This document shows, in pieces, positions 46,317-55,776 of a stretch of 64,000 nt of DNA; position 1 is the stretch's first letter, and each line of letters begins with the position of its first letter. Origin of the DNA: a virus. Lineage: Duplodnaviria > Caudoviricetes. Below the pieces are notes generated by a model. The model was not told the DNA's origin. It did no database searches and was given only the letters and a program-made list of their open reading frames with translations. The stretch lies in IMG/VR virus record IMGVR_UViG_3300017722_005389; one strand, written 5' to 3'. The position numbers and the translations under genes are program-made.

Positions 46317-47102
46317 ATGAGTAAGATAATAATAACGGAGGGTCAGTTAAGTTTTCTTTTTGAGGGTGTCAATGAGCAGGGGGAGCTTCGCAGGTTGGTT
46401 GAGGAGGTTATAGATAAATTTTCAAAAGAAAACTTATCTGTTGTCAAGAGGGTTAAGAGGCAGATAGATTCGGGTCTTCATTTTGATGGTTATTTTAACA
46501 GTGACTATATCAGTTTGGTTGAAATTACAAATGGGGGGTTATATGATTTGTTGGGAGATTTCATCAAGAATTCTTCGGTTAATATAGTTTTTTATGAAGA
46601 TCAAAACAAGCGTAGGAAGGGGTATTATGATGGTAATGTTAAAATAAAATATAATAAAGATTTTGAGGATAGTTTGGTATATCAGGTTGGGTTTTACGAG
46701 AAGGCTGATGATATTAGTTCATCGGAAGCTGAACAGATTCTTAAGAAGGCTATGGGAATTTCCTTTAGGAGTACATTGATTCATGAGTTGCAGCATGCTT
46801 ATGATGCTTATAGGAGTGGTGGGAAGTATAGATCAGACAGGAGGAGTGTTGCTTATTATAACAAAAGGGGTGAAAAGGATATGAGTGATGAGGAGTATCA
46901 AGTATATTTAAGATTACCACATGAGTATTGGGCAAGGTTCAGTGAGACGATGGCGGATATATTTAGAAATAGGATGAGTTTTGAGGATTTGCTTGATAAG
47001 TTTAAGAAGAGTGCTATTATGAGGTTTGATTCATTGAGGGATGGTGACAAGCGTAGGATATTGAAGGCGTTGTATGGGTATTGGGATTTGCATAAAAAAT
47101 AA
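46317..47102 (+). CDS. Leader-bearing zincin-like metallopeptidase
   Basis: LIHELQHAYD...HEYWARFSE. Confidence 0.75.
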   Translation: MSKIIITEGQLSFLFEGVNEQGELRRLVEEVIDKFSKENLSVVKRVKRQIDSGLHFDGYFNSDYISLVEITNGGLYDLLGDFIKNSSVNIVFYEDQNKRRKGYYDGNVKIKYNKDFEDSLVYQVGFYEKADDISSSEAEQILKKAMGISFRSTLIHELQHAYDAYRSGGKYRSDRRSVAYYNKRGEKDMSDEEYQVYLRLPHEYWARFSETMADIFRNRMSFEDLLDKFKKSAIMRFDSLRDGDKRRILKALYGYWDLHKK

Positions 47103-47114
47103 GTAAAATAATAT

Positions 47115-48461
47115 ATGAGAACAATAAATGAGGCATTAGGGGTTCCAGATAACATTTTAAAGTTAGGTGAGCAGTTGTATAATGAGATATTGGATATTAT
47201 CAAGAATGAGAAAAACTTTGATAATATTATGAAACGTGTGTATACTGTCAGGGGTGGTATTATAGGAGATGTAAACTTTAAGAGTATTGACATATCATTT
47301 AATATAGATATTGAATCGAATCCAGGTTATTTTGATGATAATGAGATGTTTTCGTATCGTGGCATGTCATATAAACCTAATGATTATAAAATTGAATCTT
47401 CTAAAGATGAAAAAGAATATTTTAAAAAATATGAGCAGAATGATATAAGTATTGATATTATATTAAATTTCAAATTAGATGAGACTTTTGTTGAAGGTTT
47501 TAAAAAGTATCTTCCATCTAAATTATATGAGTTTATATCGAGTGATAAATCTGAATTTGTTACAGACTTGACACATGAATTGATGCATGGATATGATTTT
47601 TACAAGGCTAATGTAAAAAATATAAAAAGTAAAATGGATTACGATTCAGCCAGAGAATCTATATCAATGGTTAATAGCATCAGACCTTTGGATGAATTAT
47701 TTTTTATGATGTATTATTTTCACAGTATTGAAAATTCTGTCAGGACATCTGAGTTGGCTGCAGAAATAAAACAAAGTGGTATAAAGCAGGATGAGTTTTT
47801 GAAAAAATTTAAAGAGACAACTGTTTACAAGTATATTCAAAGGGTTAAAAGTATTTCTTTTGAAAGTATTATGAAACGTTTGAGTACTGATTCTTACATG
47901 CAAATATTTTTTAATACTTTAAAGGCTAATGGGATGTCTGATGATAAATTGGTGAGAATGTCTGATGCAGCAATTGTAGATGCATTCATGAATTGGTTTT
48001 ATGATATTATAAAGAAGAATAAATCTAGTAGTATGAAAGATTACCTTTTAGGTGATGAGCAAAAACTTTCAGACAAGCAGCAGAAATATTTTGATGATTA
48101 CATAAGAAATCTTAACAAGCATAAGGATTACAAAGATTTCTTCAAAAGTGAGATAGGCATTCTCAAGAAAAATGCGGATAATCTTCTTAGGAAGATTTCT
48201 GGTGTTTACGCATATATACCATTGATGAATTCGGAGCGAGTTGATTTGGATGATCAGGTTCGAATGTTGGCAAAGATGGTTAACAAGGGGGACAGGGGAA
48301 GTATTGAGATTGCTTCGCAGATTGCTGATGGCATAGGTATTGATTTTAACAAGTATGTCATAGGAAGGTATTTCAAGAGTTCTTTAGCAGTCAACAAACT
48401 TTCTTTGGATGTATCGGGTCTTATCCAGTATTTTAAGAAAAGAAGAAATAATAATATATGA
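47115..48461 (+). CDS. Zincin-like protein, paralog of 177..1325
   Basis: MRTINE short leader; LTHELMH. Confidence 0.75.
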   Translation: MRTINEALGVPDNILKLGEQLYNEILDIIKNEKNFDNIMKRVYTVRGGIIGDVNFKSIDISFNIDIESNPGYFDDNEMFSYRGMSYKPNDYKIESSKDEKEYFKKYEQNDISIDIILNFKLDETFVEGFKKYLPSKLYEFISSDKSEFVTDLTHELMHGYDFYKANVKNIKSKMDYDSARESISMVNSIRPLDELFFMMYYFHSIENSVRTSELAAEIKQSGIKQDEFLKKFKETTVYKYIQRVKSISFESIMKRLSTDSYMQIFFNTLKANGMSDDKLVRMSDAAIVDAFMNWFYDIIKKNKSSSMKDYLLGDEQKLSDKQQKYFDDYIRNLNKHKDYKDFFKSEIGILKKNADNLLRKISGVYAYIPLMNSERVDLDDQVRMLAKMVNKGDRGSIEIASQIADGIGIDFNKYVIGRYFKSSLAVNKLSLDVSGLIQYFKKRRNNNI

Positions 48462-48979
48462 GAACAATAATAATAACGGAGGGTCAGTTTAGGTTTCTTA
48501 AGGAGGTTGAGAATATTTCAGATGGGAAATATGAGGCTATATTTGTAGCAGGGTTTGAGACAGGATATGGAACTGATAAGCAGTTACAATATTTTAAAAA
48601 TGGGTTTGGTGTGAACAGGAATGTTGCTGTTTTCAAGTTTGACATGACACCTTTCAATCAAAAGCAGAGTATTTCGGATGTTTTGGCTTCAAATCCAAAG
48701 ATACCTGTATTTTTATTTAGTGCTGGTGCTCAGAATGCGGAATTTTTATCTTCAAATGGAAATATAGATCGTAACAAGTTGTATATTATACAGCCTAATG
48801 GTACGAGGGATGCTGTTAAGAAAAGTGTTGATGCAGCTGTGAATAATAACGTGCCAGCTAAAAATGTTTTTGTTGGGTCTGCGCCTAATGTTGGGAAGGA
48901 CATTGTTCAAGGGGCAACACCGACTGTATCAAAAGATCATTTTCAATCTTTGACAGAAGTTGCATCTAAATTTGCTTAA
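48458..48979 (+). CDS. Leader-bearing alpha/beta-hydrolase-like protein
   Basis: IFVAG; PVFLFSAGA nucleophile-elbow-like; paralogous to C-terminus of 49004. Confidence 0.6.
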   Translation: MRTIIITEGQFRFLKEVENISDGKYEAIFVAGFETGYGTDKQLQYFKNGFGVNRNVAVFKFDMTPFNQKQSISDVLASNPKIPVFLFSAGAQNAEFLSSNGNIDRNKLYIIQPNGTRDAVKKSVDAAVNNNVPAKNVFVGSAPNVGKDIVQGATPTVSKDHFQSLTEVASKFA

Positions 48980-49003
48980 GATAAGATATTTATAAATAAA
49001 AAG

Positions 49004-49897
49004 ATGATAAACGAATCAAAATTAAACTCAAAGATGTTTCATTTGATGGAAAGTGGTTTCTTTGGGAAGCAAGTTTTGAATGAGGCTGAAGAGATAAAGC
49101 AGGGTGCTTATGGGGATCCGTATCAATATAAGAGGGTTGAAACTCCTGATGGCATCAAATATATGTATGCTAAAAAGGGGAATGACAATTGGGTTGAACA
49201 AATTTACAAAGTTGGAATTGATAGTATCAAAAAATTGATATTTCCAAAGGATTTGGAAGGTTCTTCAGAAAAAACAAGTGCTTCTTCAGAAAAAACAAGT
49301 GCTTCTTCAGAAAAAACAAGTGCTTCTTCAGAAAAAAAAGATGCTTCTTCAGAAAAAAAGAGTGCTTCTCCAGAAACAAAGGCTTCTTCAGAAAAATCTT
49401 CTTTTGCAAGCAAATTTATGAGCAGTGGAACTTACGATGCCATATTTGTAGCAGGTGACAAAACACGTATTCCCATTCCAAGTCAATTACAATATTTTAA
49501 GAATGGGTTTGGCAAGGATAGGAATGTTGCAGCATTTGATTCTAATGCAGGTTGTGTTCCATTTGGACACAAACAGACAATTGAGCAAGTGTTGGCTGAA
49601 AATCCTAAGATACCTGTATTTTTGTATAGTTTAGGTGCAATATATGTAGACAGGGTTGCTTCAAATGGTAATGCGGATGTTCGAAAGATATTTGTAATTG
49701 AGCCTTATTATGGAAGGGGGCAACATGTTAAAGATAATATAGATGTAGCTATTGGTATGGGTGTCAAGCCTAGCCAAATTTATGTTGGAGGATATGCTGA
49801 TGTAGGATTAGGTGTTGTTAAAGGTGCTACACCTACTAAATCTAATAATCACTCTTTAGCTGTAACAGAAGTTGCTGAAATACATAAGAATGCGTAA
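49004..49897 (+). CDS. Leader + GDPYQYK module + SSEKTSA repeats + alpha/beta-hydrolase-like domain
   Basis: PVFLYSLGA; 21-bp tandem repeat 49261-49400. Confidence 0.7.
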   Translation: MINESKLNSKMFHLMESGFFGKQVLNEAEEIKQGAYGDPYQYKRVETPDGIKYMYAKKGNDNWVEQIYKVGIDSIKKLIFPKDLEGSSEKTSASSEKTSASSEKTSASSEKKDASSEKKSASPETKASSEKSSFASKFMSSGTYDAIFVAGDKTRIPIPSQLQYFKNGFGKDRNVAAFDSNAGCVPFGHKQTIEQVLAENPKIPVFLYSLGAIYVDRVASNGNADVRKIFVIEPYYGRGQHVKDNIDVAIGMGVKPSQIYVGGYADVGLGVVKGATPTKSNNHSLAVTEVAEIHKNA

Positions 49898-49965
49898 TTA
49901 AAGCATAAGAATGCGTAATTAAAGCATGAAAATACATAAATTAAAGATATTTATAAATAAAAAAA

Positions 49966-50976
49966 ATGATAAACGAATCAAAATTAAACAACAAGATGCT
50001 CCATTTGATGGAAAGCGGTTTCTTTGGGAAGGGACTTTTAAAGGAACAAGAAGAAGTGAAACAAGGAGGTCAGGGAGATCCATACCAGTATAAAAAAGTT
50101 AAGAATACTGATGGAACTGTGAAATATTTTTATGCTAAAAAGGGTAATACTAATTGGGTTGAACAAAAATATAAAGAAGGTATTGATAGTATTAAAAAAT
50201 ATTATTTTCCAGATGAAGGAAATACTTCTACGGAAACAAAACCTGAAACAAAACCTGAAACAAAACCTGAAACAAAACCTGAAACAAAACCTGAAACAAA
50301 TGGGCAAGAAGTGATTAAACAAGGAGGTCAGGGTGATCCCTACCAATATAAAAGAGTTCAAAATACAGATGGTAGTGTAAAATATTTTTATGCTAAAAAG
50401 GGTGATACTAATTGGACTGAACAAAAAGATCCAACAGGTATTAGTGATATTCAAAAATATTATTTTACAGATGATTTTAAAGGTTCTACTGGAGCAAAAA
50501 CTGATGCAGGTGTAAAAGATAATACAGGTGTAAAAGATAATACAGGTGTAAAAGATAATACTGCTAATACAAATGCTGAAATGGACAGTAAAGAATTGGC
50601 TAGAAGGCAAAAGAGTTTTTATGCTGGGTTATCTAAAATTAGTTTGGCAGCAAATAATTTCACTTATAAAAAGGGTAATTTTGAGATAAATGATATTACA
50701 ACAAGCACCCCTAGTATACGTTTTAGGGATTATAATGGTAAATATATGGATGAGACTAAAATAGAGATAGATCCTGAGTTTATAAAAATAGCAAAAGCTA
50801 AAGGGTTTAGTGAAAGAGGATGTTGGGTATATAGGGCAATTGAAGATGTAGAGGGTGAATATAAATATGCCAAAAAAGGATTATATCTTTTCAAATGTGG
50901 ATCTGGCTCTTATCCATATAGATATAACATGTCAATAGATGAGTTGAAAAAAATATCATATGTATATTCAAAATAA
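49966..50976 (+). CDS. Leader + two GDPYQYK modules + ETKP and GVKDNT repeats + unknown C-domain
   Basis: Internal duplication visible in protein and DNA. Confidence 0.8.
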   Translation: MINESKLNNKMLHLMESGFFGKGLLKEQEEVKQGGQGDPYQYKKVKNTDGTVKYFYAKKGNTNWVEQKYKEGIDSIKKYYFPDEGNTSTETKPETKPETKPETKPETKPETNGQEVIKQGGQGDPYQYKRVQNTDGSVKYFYAKKGDTNWTEQKDPTGISDIQKYYFTDDFKGSTGAKTDAGVKDNTGVKDNTGVKDNTANTNAEMDSKELARRQKSFYAGLSKISLAANNFTYKKGNFEINDITTSTPSIRFRDYNGKYMDETKIEIDPEFIKIAKAKGFSERGCWVYRAIEDVEGEYKYAKKGLYLFKCGSGSYPYRYNMSIDELKKISYVYSK

Positions 50977-51083
50977 AATATATAAAATAAATAAAAAAAA
51001 AATCTTCAGAAAGCAATAAATTTTCCGAAGATTTTTTTTTATCTTTGTAGAATTGTTTAACTTTTAAAAAAAAAAATATAATT

Positions 51084-51296
51084 ATGGAAGATGAATTTTC
51101 TTTACGTTTATTTATTGGATTATTTGCTGCAGATGTTGATATTTTTTTGCTTCAGAATAAAGAGCAAACTGCTGATAATGACAAAGAGTTTTTCACCAGA
51201 GATGAGATAAGATCTCAATTGAAAGCTACGGTTTCAAAATTTGCGAACGTGATGCAGCATTTAGGATATAATCTTGATAAACCATTACTCAAATGA
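51084..51296 (+). CDS. Hypothetical protein
   Basis: 70-aa ORF after a tatctttg -7 box. Confidence 0.7.
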   Translation: MEDEFSLRLFIGLFAADVDIFLLQNKEQTADNDKEFFTRDEIRSQLKATVSKFANVMQHLGYNLDKPLLK

Positions 51297-52138
51297 AATA
51301 TTATTTATTTTTACTATTATTATTTTACAATTGCACGTTTGTAGCTTCTTCGGAACCACAGATTTCATCAGAATTTGAAAAAATTTCTGAAGAACCCAAC
51401 AATGGTATTCAGTTGAGGGTTTTATCTTGGAACATCCAGAATTTTGGAGAAAGCAAGATGAAGAATGACAGCATAATGCATTATATAGCGGAGGTTATAA
51501 ATTCTTATGATATTGTTGTGATTCAGGAGATATCAACGAGTATTTATGGGGCTAAAGCTGTTGCAAAGTTGGATGGCATATTGGACAGGATGGGAAGTAA
51601 TTGGGATTATGCTATTTCGGATCCAACTGAAGGTGTTGGAACTGAGCGGTATGCTTATATTTTCAAGCCAAGCAGAATTCAATTGAAAAAGGCATTTCTT
51701 GAGAAGGTTTTTGAAACTTCTATAGAGAGGGAGCCTTATTTGGGAATTTTTGAATTCAAGGGAAGTTTATATAACTTCTATAACATCCATTTGGTTCCAG
51801 AGGGCAAAAATCCTGAGAAGGAGGTAAGTGTCTTATGTATGTTAAGTGGTTTTAAGGGAAAGTATATTGTTCTTGGGGATTTCAATCTTTCTGAAAAGCA
51901 TCGTTCATTTGATTGTCTTAAGAAGACTTATAAGGCTTCATTTGAGAATGAGAAGACTTCTTTGAAGATGGAGGTTAAAGATGGTGAATATTTGAACAAG
52001 GAGTATGACAATGCTTTTATTTCTTCAGAGGTTACATTGATTTCTAAAGGGGTTGTGCATTTTTACAAGGATTTTAATAATATAAAATCTGCGAGAGCTG
52101 TTTCAGATCATTGTCCTATATTTATAACTATAAAATAA
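51293..52138 (+). CDS. Exported DNase I-like endonuclease/exonuclease/phosphatase
   Basis: SWNIQNF, DIVVIQEI, ERYAYIF, REPY, HL, GDFN, SDHCPI; hydrophobic N-terminus. Confidence 0.9.
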   Translation: MKYYLFLLLLFYNCTFVASSEPQISSEFEKISEEPNNGIQLRVLSWNIQNFGESKMKNDSIMHYIAEVINSYDIVVIQEISTSIYGAKAVAKLDGILDRMGSNWDYAISDPTEGVGTERYAYIFKPSRIQLKKAFLEKVFETSIEREPYLGIFEFKGSLYNFYNIHLVPEGKNPEKEVSVLCMLSGFKGKYIVLGDFNLSEKHRSFDCLKKTYKASFENEKTSLKMEVKDGEYLNKEYDNAFISSEVTLISKGVVHFYKDFNNIKSARAVSDHCPIFITIK

Positions 52139-52212
52139 TTGAACAAAAATATATGTTTTTGTATGTATAATTGAACATTATGAAAAATTCCCAGATTGCT
52201 CTGGGAATTTTT

Positions 52213-53067
52213 TTATGGTACGATGTTTAGAATATTTCCAACGATGAATAAATCTCCGCTTAAAAGTCCATCTGCTTGGGCTGCTGCAAGGTCTACATAA
52301 GTTTTTAGACCTGATATGTTCAATCTGACAGGTTGAGTTGCATCTGTCGGGTCTGCATAAATATTGAATCCTGCAGTGTAGGTTTGAGCGATGTTATTAG
52401 CATACATGCTTACAATTTTAACACCAGCTGCGTCTTGCATATCAATACCTATTTCAGTTTGAGCTGTAAGGTCATTAACTTTTAATGAAGTTTCAGTAGC
52501 GGATAAAGATAAAATTGAAGTCTGACCTGATATGTTGTCTTCAAAACTAATTCCTGATGAAACAGTATCTAAACTTATACTTGTATTTATACTTCCAACA
52601 GAAGTATTAAAAAATATGTTATCATATTCTATTGAAATTTGACTGTTATCTGATGCAAGATCTTCCACACGCATTTCTATACTGCCCACAGCCATTGCTA
52701 TATTTAAATAATACGTTCCATCGAAAATTGATTTGATGTATGAAGGGAAAAATGTTGAACCATCTCCTCCGAATGCTGGCACATTTGAATTAAAAGCAAA
52801 ATCTTCATAATAAGTTCCAGATACAGGGTCTTTATAATAAACTCCAGGTGCTTCTACAGTAGTTGTAAATGGAAATTCATAATAATCTGAATCAAAAGTT
52901 TTAAATTTTGTTCCATAATTATATCCAAATTCGTCTGTAAACAGTGTCATCATATTCCACATATCTTCTATAGAAAATTTGCCATTTATACCATTGGTTT
53001 GGGTATAAAGTTCTGTGGTACCTGTTGGTGGTGACAGTGGAAAATTATTTGGTTTTATTCCTGCCAT
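52213..53067 (-). CDS. Putative structural/tail accessory protein with shared N-terminal adaptor
   Basis: IKPNNFP..GTTELYTQTNG..KFSI shared with 57532/58101/58646; beta-rich body. Confidence 0.65.
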   Translation of the reverse strand: MAGIKPNNFPLSPPTGTTELYTQTNGINGKFSIEDMWNMMTLFTDEFGYNYGTKFKTFDSDYYEFPFTTTVEAPGVYYKDPVSGTYYEDFAFNSNVPAFGGDGSTFFPSYIKSIFDGTYYLNIAMAVGSIEMRVEDLASDNSQISIEYDNIFFNTSVGSINTSISLDTVSSGISFEDNISGQTSILSLSATETSLKVNDLTAQTEIGIDMQDAAGVKIVSMYANNIAQTYTAGFNIYADPTDATQPVRLNISGLKTYVDLAAAQADGLLSGDLFIVGNILNIVP

Positions 53068-53069
53068 AA

Positions 53070-53312
53070 TTAAGAATTTATAATATTTATTGCGTTTTCT
53101 GCAGAAGCTATTTCTGAGTTCACTTTTTGAGTTAGAAATGCCAATTGTTGTTGTCTTTGTTGTACAACATTATTCAAAAATTTGATTACATCTTCTTTTT
53201 TCATTGTTTTATGAGTGAAAGTGGTTTCACCTATAATTGATTTTTTGGAAGTATCTTTGGTTTCTAAAGTAATGTTATCTCCTTGTGTTTCTACAATTTT
53301 ATATTCTATCAT
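53070..53312 (-). CDS. Hypothetical protein
   Basis: 80-aa ORF. Confidence 0.7.
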   Translation of the reverse strand: MIEYKIVETQGDNITLETKDTSKKSIIGETTFTHKTMKKEDVIKFLNNVVQQRQQQLAFLTQKVNSEIASAENAINIINS

Positions 53313-53327
53313 AATTTTAATTTTTTG

Positions 53328-53561
53328 TTATTTTGTTTTATTACAAGAATCAATATAGTCTTTTAGTTTCTCAATTTCTTTTTCTGACATTGTTTTTAAT
53401 TTTTTTTTGGAGATTCCATGAGCCAATGCATCTTCTGCCCAATCATATTTAAGTTTTGCTTCGTTTTTTCCGAGTGAGATTGGATCATTATCATCTTCAC
53501 TTTTTTCCATTTCTTCTTTGATGATTGTTTTTACCAATCTTTTAAAATTTTGCAGGTTCAT
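53328..53561 (-). CDS. Leader-bearing small protein
   Basis: FKRLVKTIIKEE leader. Confidence 0.7.
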   Translation of the reverse strand: MNLQNFKRLVKTIIKEEMEKSEDDNDPISLGKNEAKLKYDWAEDALAHGISKKKLKTMSEKEIEKLKDYIDSCNKTK

Positions 53562-53579
53562 AAATAGATTTTTTAATAT

Positions 53580-53900
53580 TTAGTTGTTTAATTTTTCTTC
53601 AGAAGGTATTTCTGGTTCTTTAGGAAGTATTTCGGTTTCTTCAGGAAGTAAATCTTTTGCTTTTGATTTTCTGTATCCGAGAAGTCCTACACCTATACCA
53701 ACGAAAATGATACTTTGAGTTACCACATCGATATCTTTTGCCAGGAACATTTTATCAATGCATCCTAAGAAGAAGCATAGTGTTCCTACGGAGCATATCA
53801 AAATTCCCATAACGCCTGAAGCTGAGGTTTTTCCATCAGAGTTAGATGTCATTTGAGCGAATGAGAATTTGTTTATCATTTCGTTAAATTTCTTTTTCAT
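53580..53900 (-). CDS. Two-TM membrane protein
   Basis: TSNSDGKTSASG then two hydrophobic helices. Confidence 0.75.
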   Translation of the reverse strand: MKKKFNEMINKFSFAQMTSNSDGKTSASGVMGILICSVGTLCFFLGCIDKMFLAKDIDVVTQSIIFVGIGVGLLGYRKSKAKDLLPEETEILPKEPEIPSEEKLNN

Positions 53901-53955
53901 TGGTTTTTTATTTATAAATATTCCATATTTCTCTTATATTTATAAAAAAGACAAA

Positions 53956-55749
53956 ATGATTTTACCGATTGAGCAAAAAAGAGATGAAATAATTGAAAAA
54001 ATTCAAAAGAACCAAATAACAATCATAAGCACCCCCACTGGATCGGGAAAAACCATGATGGTTCCGAAGTATGCGTATGATTTGCTTGGGAAGCAGATTT
54101 TTTGTACTGTACCGAGGCGGATACTTGCGACTGAAGCGATGAACAGTGCGAATGACATACATGGTGAGGAGTTTGCAGGATATATTCATGGAGAAGGAAC
54201 GTTTAATAAAGAAGCCCCAGTTTGTTATATAACTGAGGGTTCTTTTATTATGAGGAATATGGCTGATAAGTTGACTGTTGGTTCTGTGGTATGTTTTGAC
54301 GAAGTTCATGAGCAGGGCAAGATTCTTGAGACATTGCTTTATGCTGCCATTGGGTATGCTGAAAAGGGTTTGAAGATTGTTTTAATGTCTGCGACTTTGG
54401 ATATTCCTAAATACAAGGGTTATTATGAAAAGCGAGGTCTTTCTGTTGGGGTTGTATCGCTTCCACCTGCGGAGAAATTGTTTGATATTTCTTATGAAAT
54501 CACGGCTTCTCCAGAGAAGTCTGTTGCAGAGGCTGCGAAGGCTGGTGGCAGGGTTTTGGTTGGTCTTTCTGGCAAAGAGGAGATTGAGCGATTTCAGAGG
54601 GATGTTGTTCGAACTTTCAAGGGAAAGATTTTTCAGATTCATGGGGAGGTTGAGATTGAGGAACAGGAGGAGGCTTTGGCGTGTTTGGAGCCATGTGTTT
54701 ATCTTTGCACGAACATGGTCCAATCTGGTATAACCATCAAGGGTTTGACACATGGGTATTTTGATGGATTTGGGAAGAGGATAGAGATGGAGAAGGGTGA
54801 GAACAAGCTTGTGAAATATAAGTTGTCTAAAAGTGAAATGAAGCAATGGTATGGCAGGTTGGGCAGGTTATGTGCTGGGACAATTTTTATAACGAATAAA
54901 AAGGATATTGAGTTAGAAGGTAGGGATGAGATGCCAACGCCAGAAATTTTAAGAACTTCTTTGGAGGATATCATTCTTTATTTTGCATATATGGGATTAG
55001 ATTTATCTGAATGTGTACTATTAAATAAGCCTCCAAAAGAAAACATAAGACTTTCTGTGGAGGTTTTGAAAAAATTGGGATGTGCTGATGTTTCAGGCAA
55101 AGTTATTTCGTATGGATTGGCTGTGATTTCTGAAGGGGCTGGTGTTCGGGGTGGAATTGCTGCTATAAAGGGAAGATTTTTGAGTTTGGAGAATTTGGCT
55201 AAAAAGGTTGCTTTGGTATCAAGTTACAAATCATTTTTCAGCAAGAATGGTGAGATGACAACACCTTTGAATATTATAACAAAGTTTATTGGGGATGATT
55301 TGTATGAGAAGTACAAGCATTCTGATTTGTTGTTGCAAGTTGGGGTTGTGGAATATTTTATCAAGAAGTATTCTGTTATCAATGATAAGAGGACTGGTTA
55401 TGTTATACCTGAGCTTGAGTTGGAATTGTTCAAGCAAGAGTGTGACAATGCTTTTATTTTTAGAAGAACCTTACAAAACATCATATATAATTTTTATAAG
55501 ATTGATAGGTTGACTGTTAATGGTTCTGAGGAGATTGAAAATATTGATCTGGTGATAAAGGCTATGTATGCTGATTGTATAACTGATGCGTTCTTTGGTA
55601 AGGCATATGATGGAAAGAATTTCAGAAAAATTGTGCATAATTCAAAGGCTGTTCAACTTCTTAGGAAGAACGCTGTTGGCAATTTTGTATGTCTTGAGGA
55701 CAAAAGGAACAAGAATATTTTTCTTTTGGAGAATGTAACATATATATAA
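53956..55749 (+). CDS. HrpA-like DEAH-box RNA helicase
   Basis: Start moved to MILPI; PTGSGKT, DEVHE, MSATLD, TNMVQSGITI, QWYGRLGR. Confidence 0.9.
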   Translation: MILPIEQKRDEIIEKIQKNQITIISTPTGSGKTMMVPKYAYDLLGKQIFCTVPRRILATEAMNSANDIHGEEFAGYIHGEGTFNKEAPVCYITEGSFIMRNMADKLTVGSVVCFDEVHEQGKILETLLYAAIGYAEKGLKIVLMSATLDIPKYKGYYEKRGLSVGVVSLPPAEKLFDISYEITASPEKSVAEAAKAGGRVLVGLSGKEEIERFQRDVVRTFKGKIFQIHGEVEIEEQEEALACLEPCVYLCTNMVQSGITIKGLTHGYFDGFGKRIEMEKGENKLVKYKLSKSEMKQWYGRLGRLCAGTIFITNKKDIELEGRDEMPTPEILRTSLEDIILYFAYMGLDLSECVLLNKPPKENIRLSVEVLKKLGCADVSGKVISYGLAVISEGAGVRGGIAAIKGRFLSLENLAKKVALVSSYKSFFSKNGEMTTPLNIITKFIGDDLYEKYKHSDLLLQVGVVEYFIKKYSVINDKRTGYVIPELELELFKQECDNAFIFRRTLQNIIYNFYKIDRLTVNGSEEIENIDLVIKAMYADCITDAFFGKAYDGKNFRKIVHNSKAVQLLRKNAVGNFVCLEDKRNKNIFLLENVTYI

Positions 55750-55776
55750 TTTTAAGACTATTTATAGATAAAAAAT

